Shown here in pieces: positions 1-12,000 of a DNA stretch of 64,000 bases. The notes beneath the pieces were generated by a model. It was not told where the DNA came from. It worked only from the letters and a program-made list of their open reading frames with translations, and did no database searches. Location of the stretch: NCBI GenBank assembly GCA_963665665.1, contig OY762428.1:192001-256000 (forward strand). Reading direction: 5' to 3'. Positions within the stretch are counted from its first letter, which is position 1. Every line of letters starts with the position of its first letter. Both the position numbers and the translations under genes were made by a program. Source of the DNA: Candidatus Kapaibacterium sp. (GTDB lineage Bacteria > Bacteroidota > Ignavibacteria > Kapaibacteriales > UBA2268).

Positions 1-168
1 AAAATTGCCAACAGGCTTATCACAAACTTCCACCCTTCAGCCACACCGTCACTTCTTCTTGCCGGAGCATTTGCAGGGAAGGAATTTCTTTTCAAGGCTT
101 ACAAGCAGGGTATGAAGGATAATTATAGATTCTATGCTTATGGCGATGCTATGCTTGTAAAATTATAG
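1..168 (+). CDS. queA: S-adenosylmethionine:tRNA ribosyltransferase-isomerase QueA, 3' end (5'-truncated by window)
   Basis: Frame 1 translates KIANRLITNFHPSATPSLLLAGAFAG...NYRFYAYGDAMLVKL*; LITNFH and YRFYxYGDAML are the QueA C-terminal signature. Not in the ORF track. Confidence 0.88.
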   Translation, partial: KIANRLITNFHPSATPSLLLAGAFAGKEFLFKAYKQGMKDNYRFYAYGDAMLVKL

Positions 169-193
169 TTACTACAACTATATCGCAAATTTT

Positions 194-223
194 AAATCCC
201 GGTGAATTCATCGGGATTTTTTT
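194..223 (+). terminator. Rho-independent terminator after queA
   Basis: AAATCCCGGTG-AATT-CATCGGGATTT stem followed by a T-run. Confidence 0.75.
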
Positions 224-444
224 GTACCTTCATTTATGAACAGCTAATCAAATTTTAAAACGAATTATGAAGTTATAAGTTTATTACATTCCTACTTCAC
301 ACTACGTATATATTTAGGAGGAGTCGGGAACTGAATTGGAACATTCAAAACTGAGACTTCAAAAATTCTTTTGATTCCGGAGGTCTGGCATCGAAAATTA
401 ATTGAAATCAGGATTTCTCAAATTTGATTCTAACATGTACACAT

Positions 445-475
445 AAAAAAATCCCGGCATAAGCCGGGATTTTTT
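445..475. terminator. Bidirectional intrinsic terminator downstream of the large minus-strand gene
   Basis: AAAAAAATCCCGGC-ATAA-GCCGGGATTTTTT perfect stem with A/T tails, 22 bp from the stop at 497. Confidence 0.85.
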
Positions 476-496
476 ATAAATCAATATCTTCAGGAA

Positions 497-3400
497 TTAT
501 TTGGTAACAACGAATTTTGTTGTTCCTTCAAATACTCCTGATGTCATCTTCACGTAATAAACGCCTGACGGAATATCGAGTGCGTTAACATCAAGTTCGA
601 ATGTGTATTTTCCATGCTTAAGATTTCCATCGATAAGTGTTTTTACTTCTTTACCGAATGAATCATAGATAGAAATAGTGGTGTGGCCTTCGATTCCAAC
701 CTGATAGGTAACTTCAGCAGTTGTGGATACCGGATGCGGACTCAGCCTTACTTTTTCAAAAGGAACACCAGTGATCTGAACCATCCTGAGGTCGTTAACA
801 CAAACCGGGGCAATGATAATTTTACCGGGAATTTCCTGTTCGAATACATATCCGTTTGGCAGTCCGACGATTTCAAAGTCAACCGGAAGATCGATAACAT
901 TCTTTTCTGCAAGGCCTACAAAGAGTTTGAAGCGGAACAGAACATTATGAGATTCAGTATCAAGGAAAGCACCGCCCGGAGCTTCCAATTCAACAAACAG
1001 ATGCTGACGATCGATAATTCTTGCTTCTGTTACCGAGAATCCGTCAGTCATTGTGTTATCTGTTATAATATCAGCTTTGCTGTCAAGTATAGGATATACT
1101 TCATAAGCATCCTGATTTGAAGCACCTGCAAATGTAACAATTACTTTAAACTGTTCAATTTCAGTATCAAGCAGAGCTTTTGTTTCGCTGTCTGCATTTT
1201 TCATTTTCACATCGATATCAAGAATATCACCGGGCTCAGCAGTATAATCATCTTCAATCCAGATAACTACATGATGATCTTTACCTTCGCCCCAGAGCAT
1301 AGATGTTTCGTCGCCAACTTCTGTTGTGTGGTAATCTATCTGTGCTTCGTAAGGTCTTACTTCGAGAGGAGCAAACTGTACGTCAACCTGTAATCTTTCT
1401 CCCTGCTCTACAACTATCGGAAGCTGATCTTTAGTAGCAGGTTTGCCTTCTATTTCCCAGCTGAGAATTGAGAAAAATTCTCTGTCTGTACCATCAATGG
1501 TAAGTGCTTCTTCGATTACTGCATCAACAGATCCGTTATTGACAAAGTATACAACTCCCTGGTCGCGTGTTGTAATAAAGTGCTGGAAGAAATTATGATC
1601 AGTAGCGCCAATACCAACAGTCTGTCCACGACCGATCAATGTATCAACAGGATTTTCAGGTGCGTCGTCGCCTGCATGTGTTGTTTCCAGCAATGCAATA
1701 TGGTCTCCTACTCCGGTTGCAGTAAATGTAATCGGAACAGGTAATTCTGCGCCAGGTTTCAAAGTAATCGGGTAAGGATTATCAATAAAGAACTGCGGAT
1801 CAATTTCAAAAGCATCTTTATTATCATTTGAAATCTGGATATTAGTAATTGTCAGATCCATTGCAGTCATATTATCCTGAGGCTCGGGAGCATCTTCCGG
1901 CATCGGGGCTTTGATCATACCAAATCCGGGAACCTGTGTGCCAACAAGAACTGCAGGTCCGAAATCATTACCTTCGATATCAATATGAGGCTGTAGCTCG
2001 ATACCATGGAGAATATCTGAAGCCGTTAGAATTTCACCATTAAATGAAGCAGTGAAAACTACATCAGATGTATATTCAGCTATACCGTCGCCTTCTTTAG
2101 GAGCAAAATAAGCTTTCAGGTAAACCGGTTCGTTCGGATTAAGCTGATTTGGAAGATTAGATTTATCCAATCTGAATACACCATGCGGATCATTTTCAAT
2201 TTCAACACTTTCTACGTTCAGTTTTGTGTTTCCTGAGTTGTTAACACGAACTGTCCATTCATATTCAGTTGAATCGTTGAATTCATCAATTACACGCCTT
2301 TTCATCCAGTCATGGCCAAGAATTTCCGGGCCTGCTTCTATACCTTCGCCCACCCATTCGGACCAAAGTTTATCTTTTTCTGTATTACCGGTAAACCAGG
2401 CAGTATCAATATCCTGCTGTCCGGCAACATCTGGTTTATACCAGACTGTAAATTGGTGGTCATCTCCACTTTCGCCCATAGGAGCAAGTTTAAGAGGGAA
2501 TTCCAGGTCCTCTACTCTCAGGAAGTGAGTTTTATCATCCCATACAATTGTATTAAGTTCAACTTCAAAATCACTTCTGTTTTCGATAATTACCGGCCTT
2601 GATTTTTCAGTTCCAACCGGAACCTGACCCCAGTTAGCATCACCAATCCAAACGATCGGTTCGCTCATGCGGAAACGAAGTTCGCCGAGAGGTTCTTCAA
2701 AGCATGAAAGAACGGCATAAACAGAATCCACTATATCATCAGACCTGAGTTTAAGAGCAGTAGCGCAAACTTCTACTTTAACTTCTCCACCCGGAGGTAT
2801 AGTTACAGGAAGTCCGCTGATATCGATCTTGAACTCTTCCTCGTTATATTTCAGGTAGAGTGAATCAACAACAGTTTCAACCTCACCCGGATTCGACAAT
2901 GTAAGGTCTTCGCATACTGTCTGATCAATTTGCAGCAATCCGAAATCAAGCTGTTCCGGATCGTATCCAATCTGCTCGGGGATATATTCATACTCACGAA
3001 TAATTGTTTTACCCGAACGGGTTTTTACTTCTACCGTAGCTTTAGCAGGCTGCTTAATATCAATAACATCGAGGTAATAATTCACAACCTGATCTTCTTC
3101 GGGATCAAATTCATCAACGTGCCATTCATAATTTTCTTCATTATAGATATCAATTCTGAAAATTTTAGCACAGGAAGAATCTTCCGGAAGAGCAATAGCA
3201 GTACCTACAACATTACCGCATATCATAGTATCTGTTACTACCAGTGAATCCTCGCACTGAATAGCAAAGTTAATACCAACAGGGTATCCATAAGCAAAAC
3301 CGTCTTTGGCAGCATCCCAGTTACCATAAGCATAACCTGCAAAAGTAACACCGCTGTCAGCTTCAATATAGTGGCTGCCTGCGCCAATTTCTTCAGTAAC

Positions 3401-4804
3401 GAAGCTGTATTCTGTACCGGGAATATTCCTTACAGCCATACCAAATTTTGCATAGAAGGACTGGCCGTCGAAGTATAATTTGCGTGTATCATCTGATTTG
3501 AATGTTACGTAAACAAAGTTATCCATCGCGCCCGGTGAACGGAATGAAGCATAGGAGCACCACTGTTCGATAGGAGTAAGACAGAACATCATACCCTGGC
3601 CGTTACGCGGGGGATTCTGAACTTCGTCGTCATCTTTTTCCGGAGGGTTGGCAGGATTTACTGCACGTGACCACCATGCTTTACCATACTGCCCGACAAG
3701 TATTTTTTTATTAGCAATATAGTATCCGGGTTCTGTCTGGCTGAGAATATCAAAAACCTCACCTTCCTTGAGAGTCGGGCTGATCTGTTTCAGTGAAGAA
3801 CCGTCGGCTCTCATCTGGGAGATTTGTGTTTCATCTTCAGTAGCAACAAACCTGATGATATCACCTTCGAGGTTTTCAACCATGTTGCCATCATTATAGG
3901 TACGGTCTTTATATTTAACCGGAGCAGAAATATATTCTTTACCAAGAAGTGAAACGGGCCACATCATATCGGCAAGCATATTTCTCATAAAGTCCGTTTT
4001 AATACCGTACATTGTTACCGAAAAGCGTGGGAAAGCACCTTTCGTATGGCCAGAAATAACTGCAATAGGTTTGTTTGCAGTAATTTTCGATCCTGAAAGA
4101 TCAGTTGCCCAATCCTGGTTCAGATATTCAAATATCTTAGCTTCTATCAGGTATGTATCGCCTTTGTTAAGCTTAACACTTCTTGTATTACCTTTTTTTA
4201 CACCGGATTCAGTTTCTGCAGATGGAGTATAGCTTACATCAGTTCTGTCCTCTGTTGCAACAACAAGAATCTGAGCAGGCTTCCATTCATTGTATCCGGA
4301 ACGCATTTTCACGTTGTCCTGATACATGTTCAGAGTAAAATATTTTTTACCAAGCCACTCAACAGGTGTAACACGATATGCTTCACCAGACCATTTATAT
4401 GCAACGAAAACAGCAACAGAAAAAGGATTATCGCCTGTCAGGTGAATACCTTTATCAGTAACTACCTCGCTTTCAAGATTTTCAAGGTGATCCGGCATTT
4501 CTACCACAACTACTTCGTGAGGCTGATCCAATTTCACATTTTTAACAAAAGAGCCGTCTTTTGATTCAATGTAAACATTGGTTGGAACTTTGGATGACAG
4601 CCAAAGTTCAATTGGATATATACCCCAACGAACAGGTTCCGACCTGTCCCTCAGGCAATGAGGAATACCAAGCCAGTACTCGCGCCCGTCTGTTATCTGT
4701 CCGTCATTATTCTGTGCCGAAGCAGGAATGGCGGGAACTGTCATAAATGCAACAAACAGGGCAATGAAAAGTTTCTTAAATATTGAGAAACCATAATTCA
4801 TCAT
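497..4804 (-). CDS. Large secreted surface protein: IgGFc-binding N-terminal domain, multiple Ig-like (choice-of-anchor D type) repeats, cohesin-like domain, T9SS type A C-terminal domain
   Basis: Signal peptide (ends ASA-Q); GREYWLGIP, KGIHLTGDNPFSV, ITANKPIAVISGH motifs typical of IgGFc_binding; repeated LDFG/ANWG..V..N units; C-terminal SPHPVS...IYDSFGKEV...SGVYYVKM...KFVVTK. ATG at 4804 has GGAG upstream; ORF track extends to 4834. Confidence 0.8.
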   Translation of the reverse strand: MMNYGFSIFKKLFIALFVAFMTVPAIPASAQNNDGQITDGREYWLGIPHCLRDRSEPVRWGIYPIELWLSSKVPTNVYIESKDGSFVKNVKLDQPHEVVVVEMPDHLENLESEVVTDKGIHLTGDNPFSVAVFVAYKWSGEAYRVTPVEWLGKKYFTLNMYQDNVKMRSGYNEWKPAQILVVATEDRTDVSYTPSAETESGVKKGNTRSVKLNKGDTYLIEAKIFEYLNQDWATDLSGSKITANKPIAVISGHTKGAFPRFSVTMYGIKTDFMRNMLADMMWPVSLLGKEYISAPVKYKDRTYNDGNMVENLEGDIIRFVATEDETQISQMRADGSSLKQISPTLKEGEVFDILSQTEPGYYIANKKILVGQYGKAWWSRAVNPANPPEKDDDEVQNPPRNGQGMMFCLTPIEQWCSYASFRSPGAMDNFVYVTFKSDDTRKLYFDGQSFYAKFGMAVRNIPGTEYSFVTEEIGAGSHYIEADSGVTFAGYAYGNWDAAKDGFAYGYPVGINFAIQCEDSLVVTDTMICGNVVGTAIALPEDSSCAKIFRIDIYNEENYEWHVDEFDPEEDQVVNYYLDVIDIKQPAKATVEVKTRSGKTIIREYEYIPEQIGYDPEQLDFGLLQIDQTVCEDLTLSNPGEVETVVDSLYLKYNEEEFKIDISGLPVTIPPGGEVKVEVCATALKLRSDDIVDSVYAVLSCFEEPLGELRFRMSEPIVWIGDANWGQVPVGTEKSRPVIIENRSDFEVELNTIVWDDKTHFLRVEDLEFPLKLAPMGESGDDHQFTVWYKPDVAGQQDIDTAWFTGNTEKDKLWSEWVGEGIEAGPEILGHDWMKRRVIDEFNDSTEYEWTVRVNNSGNTKLNVESVEIENDPHGVFRLDKSNLPNQLNPNEPVYLKAYFAPKEGDGIAEYTSDVVFTASFNGEILTASDILHGIELQPHIDIEGNDFGPAVLVGTQVPGFGMIKAPMPEDAPEPQDNMTAMDLTITNIQISNDNKDAFEIDPQFFIDNPYPITLKPGAELPVPITFTATGVGDHIALLETTHAGDDAPENPVDTLIGRGQTVGIGATDHNFFQHFITTRDQGVVYFVNNGSVDAVIEEALTIDGTDREFFSILSWEIEGKPATKDQLPIVVEQGERLQVDVQFAPLEVRPYEAQIDYHTTEVGDETSMLWGEGKDHHVVIWIEDDYTAEPGDILDIDVKMKNADSETKALLDTEIEQFKVIVTFAGASNQDAYEVYPILDSKADIITDNTMTDGFSVTEARIIDRQHLFVELEAPGGAFLDTESHNVLFRFKLFVGLAEKNVIDLPVDFEIVGLPNGYVFEQEIPGKIIIAPVCVNDLRMVQITGVPFEKVRLSPHPVSTTAEVTYQVGIEGHTTISIYDSFGKEVKTLIDGNLKHGKYTFELDVNALDIPSGVYYVKMTSGVFEGTTKFVVTK

Positions 4805-5188
4805 GTACTCCAAAAAAAATTGATAAAAATTCAAGTAATTTCATTTTATATATTTATTAAAACACAAAAGTCAATTTTTGCATATTATAAAAATAATTGC
4901 ATAAAAACAAGCTGTTATGTGTTAAGTTTTTCAGATATAAAGTCCTATTGCTATTTTTGTTTACCTAAACGTTCAAAGTTACTAAACATTCATCATATAT
5001 AACAATTAAAAACCGTTTTTGTCACAAATTTTTTTTAATTTTAACAAATTTATTTGCAACATGTTATTAAACGTATATGTTTTTAATAAATTACATTATT
5101 TTAAATAAGTTATATTGATATTTTTTTGTGTCGGGATTAAAAATATCCCTTATATTATTATTTTTTTTTAATCTAAAGTGGTACTTAT

Positions 5189-7369
5189 ATGCCTTATAAA
5201 ATAACATCTGTAATAATATTTTTAATATTTGTGGTTTTTCCACCTACAAGCGCAAAAATTTCGGATAACGAAATTTATTTCAGGGACAAAATTTCTCTGC
5301 AGGAAATTAGTAAAACAAAAAATAAGACTGACAATAAGCTTAATAATGCAACTTATGCGACAGGATCTTTTAATGGTTTTTTTGACTTAGTCGAAATATT
5401 CAGCAGATATGATTTATTACAAACACAATATCCGGAATATTTCATTGATAGAGAAATTCTTGGTTTTACTTTTGAAAACAAGCCGATAGCAGTATGGTGG
5501 TTTGGAAATTCCGAATCACCCCATGAAATATTATTTACCGGAATGCATCACGCAAATGAACCTTCCGGAATGATGGTCCTGACTTTTTTTATTGAAAAAC
5601 TACTGGAAACCGCTGCATCTGATCCGGAAAGCACCGAAGCACTGCTACTGAAAAACAGGAAAATTGCCGTTATTCCCTGCCTTAATCCTGACGGATATGT
5701 TTTAAATATCCTCATGGGAGCCAGCTGGAGAAAAAACCGAAGCCTCCCGGACAGCAACTCACATTATCACGGAGTTGACCTGAACCGGAATTATGGCCCC
5801 GAGGAATTCTGGAATTCTCCGTTTGGATATTCAGCAACAGAAAATAATTCAGATCTATACAGGGGCCCTTTTCCTTTCTCGGAAAAGGAAACCCGGGCTG
5901 TTAAAGATTTGTGCGAATCCAATAGTTTTAACCTGGCCCTTAATTATCACTCTTTTGGAAATTTTATAATTTATCCTTTTAGCGCATTAGCCCGCGAAAC
6001 TTCGGATTCTGCTTATTACAGAGAGCTGACTCTTGCCTTAACAAAAGAAAACAGGTTTCTGACCGGCCTGGATTCTTCTACTGTCAGATATCATTGCAGG
6101 GGTACGAGTGATGATTGGATGTACCAGGAAAATGAAAATAAAAATAAAATTTTTGCAATGACAGTTGAAATTGGCAACTATTCCGATGCAAAATACCCCA
6201 GGCCAGAGCGCATGGATACTCTGTGCTATCAAAACTACAGCATGAACATGAAAGCCCTTGAATGTGCTGGTTATTCAACTCATATCAAAACTATCTGCAG
6301 CAAATTCGATGAATCAACGAACAAATGCTTTATTGAACTTGAAGTAGTGAATACCGGAAGAAATTCGGGTATGACAAATTATATTTTTACTGCTCCATCA
6401 GGTGATTTAGTATTTGATGAACAATTGCAAACAATAAATTTTAAATCCCCCGGAGAAAAACAATACCTAAAAATTCCGATAACAATTACCAACAACATCA
6501 CAAACGGTTCTGAAAAAGAAATAATTATACAAACTGGATATCCGGATAATGTCCGGCGTCTTGATACATTAAATGTTATTTTGTGGAAATCCGATTCCAG
6601 AGTTTTGTTTGCATCAGAAGAAGATTTCAATAAATGGGAAACAACAACCGGAGGATGGGGAGTAGAAAAAGACATACTTAGTAATAGAATGGTACTTTCG
6701 GACAGCCCGGGGGGGAATTATTCAAATATCAAAAAAAATTATTTAACTTTTCGGGACGATATTGACCTGAGTGAAAAGAACAATGCTTATCTTCAATTCG
6801 ATTTCAGACTGATAACAGAACGAAAATATGATGTTGCCCTTGTGCAGGCATCGATTGATTCAGGAAAATCCTGGAATAATCTTGAAACAGGCAGAATGAT
6901 CCGTGGCGAGAGTCTGGCAAATGGAGCTTTCAAAAAAACAATGACAGGGCTGTCAGGAGTTTTCCCCGATTGGATAAGGCAGAAAGCTGATTTATCAGAA
7001 TTTTGCGGTAATAATATTAAGCTAAGATTCCTGATGCTTTCAGACGGGCAGGTTTTTCTGGATGGTATTTACTTAGATAGCGTAATTGTCCATGAATATG
7101 ATGATTCGATTATGTCAGCTGATGAAAAAAGTTTATCAGTTATCGATAATGTTTATCCTAATCCGGTAAATCAGGGGGATTATTTATTTTTCGATATGAC
7201 ATATATACCGGCAAATGTTGTATTATTTGATATATCCGGAAAGAAATTATTCAATAAGAATACTTATGAAAACAAAATAAAAATACCCGGCAATATTTCG
7301 TCCGGCATATATTATATCAGGATTGATTCACATGAAAAGACAATATCATATCCGGTTTTTGTTAGATAG
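5189..7369 (+). CDS. M14 family zinc carboxypeptidase with T9SS type A C-terminal domain
   Basis: GMHHANEP (HxxE), NPDG, WRKNR, GVDLNRNY, NYHSF, GTSDDW, TVEIG motifs; C-terminal VYPNPV...SSGIYYIRI. Confidence 0.88.
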   Translation: MPYKITSVIIFLIFVVFPPTSAKISDNEIYFRDKISLQEISKTKNKTDNKLNNATYATGSFNGFFDLVEIFSRYDLLQTQYPEYFIDREILGFTFENKPIAVWWFGNSESPHEILFTGMHHANEPSGMMVLTFFIEKLLETAASDPESTEALLLKNRKIAVIPCLNPDGYVLNILMGASWRKNRSLPDSNSHYHGVDLNRNYGPEEFWNSPFGYSATENNSDLYRGPFPFSEKETRAVKDLCESNSFNLALNYHSFGNFIIYPFSALARETSDSAYYRELTLALTKENRFLTGLDSSTVRYHCRGTSDDWMYQENENKNKIFAMTVEIGNYSDAKYPRPERMDTLCYQNYSMNMKALECAGYSTHIKTICSKFDESTNKCFIELEVVNTGRNSGMTNYIFTAPSGDLVFDEQLQTINFKSPGEKQYLKIPITITNNITNGSEKEIIIQTGYPDNVRRLDTLNVILWKSDSRVLFASEEDFNKWETTTGGWGVEKDILSNRMVLSDSPGGNYSNIKKNYLTFRDDIDLSEKNNAYLQFDFRLITERKYDVALVQASIDSGKSWNNLETGRMIRGESLANGAFKKTMTGLSGVFPDWIRQKADLSEFCGNNIKLRFLMLSDGQVFLDGIYLDSVIVHEYDDSIMSADEKSLSVIDNVYPNPVNQGDYLFFDMTYIPANVVLFDISGKKLFNKNTYENKIKIPGNISSGIYYIRIDSHEKTISYPVFVR

Positions 7370-7460
7370 CAGAGAAAAAAAAATTAAAAATTTGATTAAT
7401 CGTTAAGTTTTAAGAAATTTGTAGTCGTTTTAGATTGATTTATTGAAAGTAAGTGCAGGA

Positions 7461-8105
7461 ATGACAGATAAAATTGGCGAGAATGATGTATACTACACAA
7501 GTTTAAGACCTGAAAGAACTGAAATAAAGATCAAAGGCTCAAGATTTATAGCATCTGCCAAAAGTGTATCATCAAAGGAAGAAGCAATATCTTATCTAAA
7601 TGATATTAAGTCAGAGTTCCATGATGCCAGGCACAATTGTTTCGCTTACAGGATAGGAAAAGAAGGAATGGAATTTCGCGCATCAGATGACGGCGAGCCA
7701 TCAGGAAGTGCCGGCAAACCCATCCTTTTCACGATAAAGAAATACGGCCTTACGGATATAATTGTTGTTGTAACAAGATATTTCGGCGGTACAAAGCTCG
7801 GAGTTGGCGGGCTGGCAAGGGCATATTCTGATTCTTCTGAAGAAACATTGAAAATTTCTAAAAGAAAGCCGATCTACATTGTAAATCCTGTTAAAATCTT
7901 TTGCACTTATGAAGATATTAATGCGGTGAAAAGGCTTGTTGATGAATATTCAATAAATTTTCAGGATTACTATGCTGATTCAATTGAAATTGATGCAAAT
8001 ATTCCGGCTTCGCTGGCACAAAGATTTAGCGCTGAATTGACTTCTAAAACATCTGGAAGGGCCGGCTGCATTCTTTCTGAAAAAAATAATAATATAATGC
8101 TGTAA
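7461..8105 (+). CDS. yigZ: YigZ/IMPACT family protein
   Basis: IKGSRFIA, ARHNCFAY, SDDGEPSGSAGKP, VVTRYFGGTKLGVGGLARAY motifs; ATG at 7461 chosen over TTG 7443. Confidence 0.9.
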   Translation: MTDKIGENDVYYTSLRPERTEIKIKGSRFIASAKSVSSKEEAISYLNDIKSEFHDARHNCFAYRIGKEGMEFRASDDGEPSGSAGKPILFTIKKYGLTDIIVVVTRYFGGTKLGVGGLARAYSDSSEETLKISKRKPIYIVNPVKIFCTYEDINAVKRLVDEYSINFQDYYADSIEIDANIPASLAQRFSAELTSKTSGRAGCILSEKNNNIML

Positions 8106-8121
8106 CTACATCGGAAAAAAA

Positions 8122-9003
8122 ATGAAAATTGTAAGAACAATAAAAGATATGCAGAATATATCTGATAGATTCAGGGCAGAAGGTAAGAAAATTTCTTTGG
8201 TTCCAACAATGGGATATTTCCATGAAGGCCATTTAAGCCTGATGAAAAGAGGAAAAGAACTGGCTGATATAGTTATTACAACATTATTTGTAAATCCCAC
8301 TCAATTCTCACCCAATGAAGATCTTGACAAATACCCGAGGGATTTTGACAGAGACCGGAAATTGGCAGAAAATGCAGGAGCAGATTTTCTTTTCTTTCCG
8401 GATGTTAAGGAAATGTACCCTGATGGGTTTGACCTGAGAATTAATATTGGCGGGGTTACATCTGAATTCGAGGGAAAAAGCAGGCCGACTCATTTTTCCG
8501 GTGTAGCCACTGTTGTAGCAAAATTGTTCCTTGCCACGAACCCACATATAGCTTTATTCGGGCAAAAGGATTACCAGCAGACACTTGTTGTACGTAAACT
8601 AAATCATGACCTGAATTTCAATATCGACATCGCAGTTTCTCCTACAATCAGGGAAGCAGATGGTTTGGCCATGAGTTCAAGGAATAAATATCTATCGGCA
8701 GAACACCGCGGAAAAGCGACCATTCTGTTCAAGGCCCTCGAAGCGGGGCGTCTGGTAATTGAATCCGGCGAGCGCGACAGGAAAATAATTAACGCACACA
8801 TTCATAAAACGCTAAGAACTGTTTCTGAAATCAGGATTGATTATGCCTGTACTGTTGATGCAGGTACTCTGGGAGTGCAGGATAAATTCGATGCCGGGCA
8901 AAAGGTTGTAATCCTTTTAGCCTGCTATCTTGGTAAAACCCGCCTTATAGATAATGCTCTGATAACTATCCCTGCGAAATTTCCGCCTGTTGCAATGACG
9001 TGA
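8122..9003 (+). CDS. panC: Pantoate--beta-alanine ligase
   Basis: VPTMGYFHEGH, FVNPTQF, RPTHFSGV, FGQKDYQQ, READGLAMSSRN, RLIDN. Confidence 0.97.
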   Translation: MKIVRTIKDMQNISDRFRAEGKKISLVPTMGYFHEGHLSLMKRGKELADIVITTLFVNPTQFSPNEDLDKYPRDFDRDRKLAENAGADFLFFPDVKEMYPDGFDLRINIGGVTSEFEGKSRPTHFSGVATVVAKLFLATNPHIALFGQKDYQQTLVVRKLNHDLNFNIDIAVSPTIREADGLAMSSRNKYLSAEHRGKATILFKALEAGRLVIESGERDRKIINAHIHKTLRTVSEIRIDYACTVDAGTLGVQDKFDAGQKVVILLACYLGKTRLIDNALITIPAKFPPVAMT

Positions 9004-9010
9004 TTGTTAA

Positions 9011-12000
9011 TTAATTAGACAGGGATTTTTTTTTGGGAATGATCACAGTAAATTCGGATCCCTGGCCGATTTCACTCTCTATAACAATTCGTGCCCCCAT
9101 TCGGTCGGCACATTTTTTTACAATGCTAAGCCCTAAGCCGGTTCCTTCAACAAGCCCAATATCATTTTTATTTTTATAAAATGGTTTGAATATATTTTTT
9201 CTGTCTTCCTGTGATATTCCGCAGCCCTTATCGCAAACCTGAAAGATAATATAACTTTGATCCTCGAAACAATTTAGATTTATTTCGGAATTATCAGGAG
9301 AAAACTTCCTGGCATTTAGAAGCAAATTAATTAAAATCTGGTGCAATAATTTTGGATCGGTCTCGATAACATCACTACCAAGGTTGAATTTGTGTAAGAA
9401 CTTATGTTTACCGCCATCAATCACTCTTATTTCATCAAGAAGGTCATAACAAAGCATTCTAATATTAACCAAAGACGGCGTATATTCAAGTTCCTGGTCA
9501 GTATTACTGCTAAGCATCATAGTATCTTCAAGCATTTTAATCAAAGCTTTTACGGAACTTCTGATTTTATAAATGTGTTTGTCAACCCCTTCACTTTTAC
9601 CGGAATCAGCTATGATCTTTATCAGCTCGGCCGAGGAAAGAATAATTGTGAGCGGGGTTCTGTATTCATGAGAAATCATATCTATGAACCTGGAACGCAT
9701 TTCGCTTAGTTCTTTTTCTTTATCATAGGCTTTTGTTAGTTTTTTCTGAGCCTTTCTGACTTCCTTTTCAGCCTTTTTCCTTTCAATATTTTCCTGTTTC
9801 AGAACATCAAGTGTAATTTTTAATTTTGCTGTTCTGTCGCTGACCCTTTTTTCAAGATCTTTATTTAGTTTACGAATTTCACGATCTGCTTTTATCTTTT
9901 TTCGGAAATAGATAAAAACAAAAAATCCGGCAAGAATTATTAAAATTGTTAAAGGAATAAAAAACACCGGCTGCATATAAGTCGGATATGGCACCATGAA
10001 ATCCAGGCAGTAGCCCTTTTCCAGATAATTCCCGAATAATCCTTTTGCCTGAACAACAATACTGTGCTCACCGGATGTAAGATCGTAAAGGTTTATATTC
10101 CTGTCGTAATTCCATTCAGTCCAGTCGGCATTGTCCAGCTTGTATCGAACCTGTATCTGATCTGAAGCAAGCTGCCCGAGATAAGCATAAGTATCCCAAC
10201 TGATTGTAACCGAACTTCCGCTCCCCTTAATATCAGAGAAAACAACTACAGGAGCCGGATGATTTTCTTCATCAGTATTTAAAATATTAATACCATTGCC
10301 AAGTGTTCCAATATAAATATCGCCGGAATTAAAATTCAATGGCCATGTTTGTGCAAAACCTAAACCATTTTTCTGATTGAAATGCGAAACGATACCGTTT
10401 TTATAGCTGAAAACTCCGTTTTTTGTTGATATCCAAAGTCGTTTTTTGGTATTATATATTTCCCGGACAAAATATATCCCTTCCTCCATGAAAACCCGGG
10501 GGTAATTGAACTCCTTATCCTGAAGGTATCCAAGGCCTGTGTATTGATCGGTAAACCATATTCCTCCCGTTTGTGTCTCGGTTATAGCAAATACCCTATT
10601 GAACCTCATCCCATTACTTTTATCCCAATGGTAAAAAACGCTATCCTGCCACTTATTCAATCCCTGGCTTGTAGCAAACCAGTAAGAACCGTTGCTATCC
10701 TCGATAAAATCATAAACGCGGTCTCCGTCCATACCATTATCATTGGACCATGAGTAAAAAGTTTTGTCCATATAAAGAAAAGCACCATTACCGGAATCTG
10801 CCTTATCCCTGTTTAGTGTTAAAAACCACAAATTACCTTTGCGGTCTTTCTTGATTTTGTGAACATTAGTATTAAAGAAACCATTTTTTTCATCATAGTG
10901 AGTCCAGTATTTACCATCAAATTTATAGACCCCCATGAAATTTCCGCCACTGCCAACCCAGATATTTCCTTCATTATCCTGATTTATACCTGTAACACCG
11001 GATAGTGACTTGCCTTTCACAAATTCATAAAAAACCGGATTGCTTCTGTTTTTTAAGTCAATCAATCCCTGATCGGTCCCGACCCATAGATTATTTTCTT
11101 TATCAAAGAATATATCGTTAATTAAATTCCAGCCGCTACCATTCTGAAAATTTATATAATCCCATCTTTTCGATGAAAGATTAACAAGATAAAGGTTGTC
11201 TTCGGTTGCTACCCAAAGATTGTTATTCGATGAGAATTTAATGTAAGATGCATTTTTTAATAGTTCCGGCGGATTTTTAAATTCATACCAGTCATTTCCA
11301 TTTTTAAGATAAATTATCCCACCGACAAAAATGAGCACTGCCTGCCCGTCGTTGTTAATATCACCAATAAGAAAAACTCTGTCTGTTTTAATTTTTTGGT
11401 TAATTTCAAGGCCTGATTCAGATATTTCCCAAATACCGGAATACTGATAAGGATAGCCAAGCCAGAAAAAACCCGGATAATTTTTACGCCCGAAAACATC
11501 TGACAATGTAAACGGGTAATCATATTGGTTATCCATGTATTTAACCCAGTTCTCTCCGGTAAACCTGTAAAGCCCGGAATTACCGGTAAACCACATATCA
11601 CCGTTCGAAGCTTTTCGGATATATCTTCTTTTCCTGATGATCTGGGGATTTTCAGGCATGGGAATTACCTGTACATCATCTTTGCCATCATAAAAGAACA
11701 GAAATTCCTCGTTATTACTCTTGTTAAATCCACGCCCCAAATAATACAGGCTATCGTAAATTGTTATTTCATCAACAAAAATTTCTTCAGAATTAATTTT
11801 CAGATTTATGACCCTGATGGTATCTTTATTAACAAAATAGATACTGCCATCATCAGTTCCCATAATTCCGGAACCTCTGTCGGGCATAAAATCCACTAAT
11901 TCCTCGGCAGTAAACCCGGCACTATCTGCTACAACTTCGTGCCAGATGAAATTATCGAACCATGCAAATCCTTTGGGAGTAACCACCCAGAGAGTTTTGT

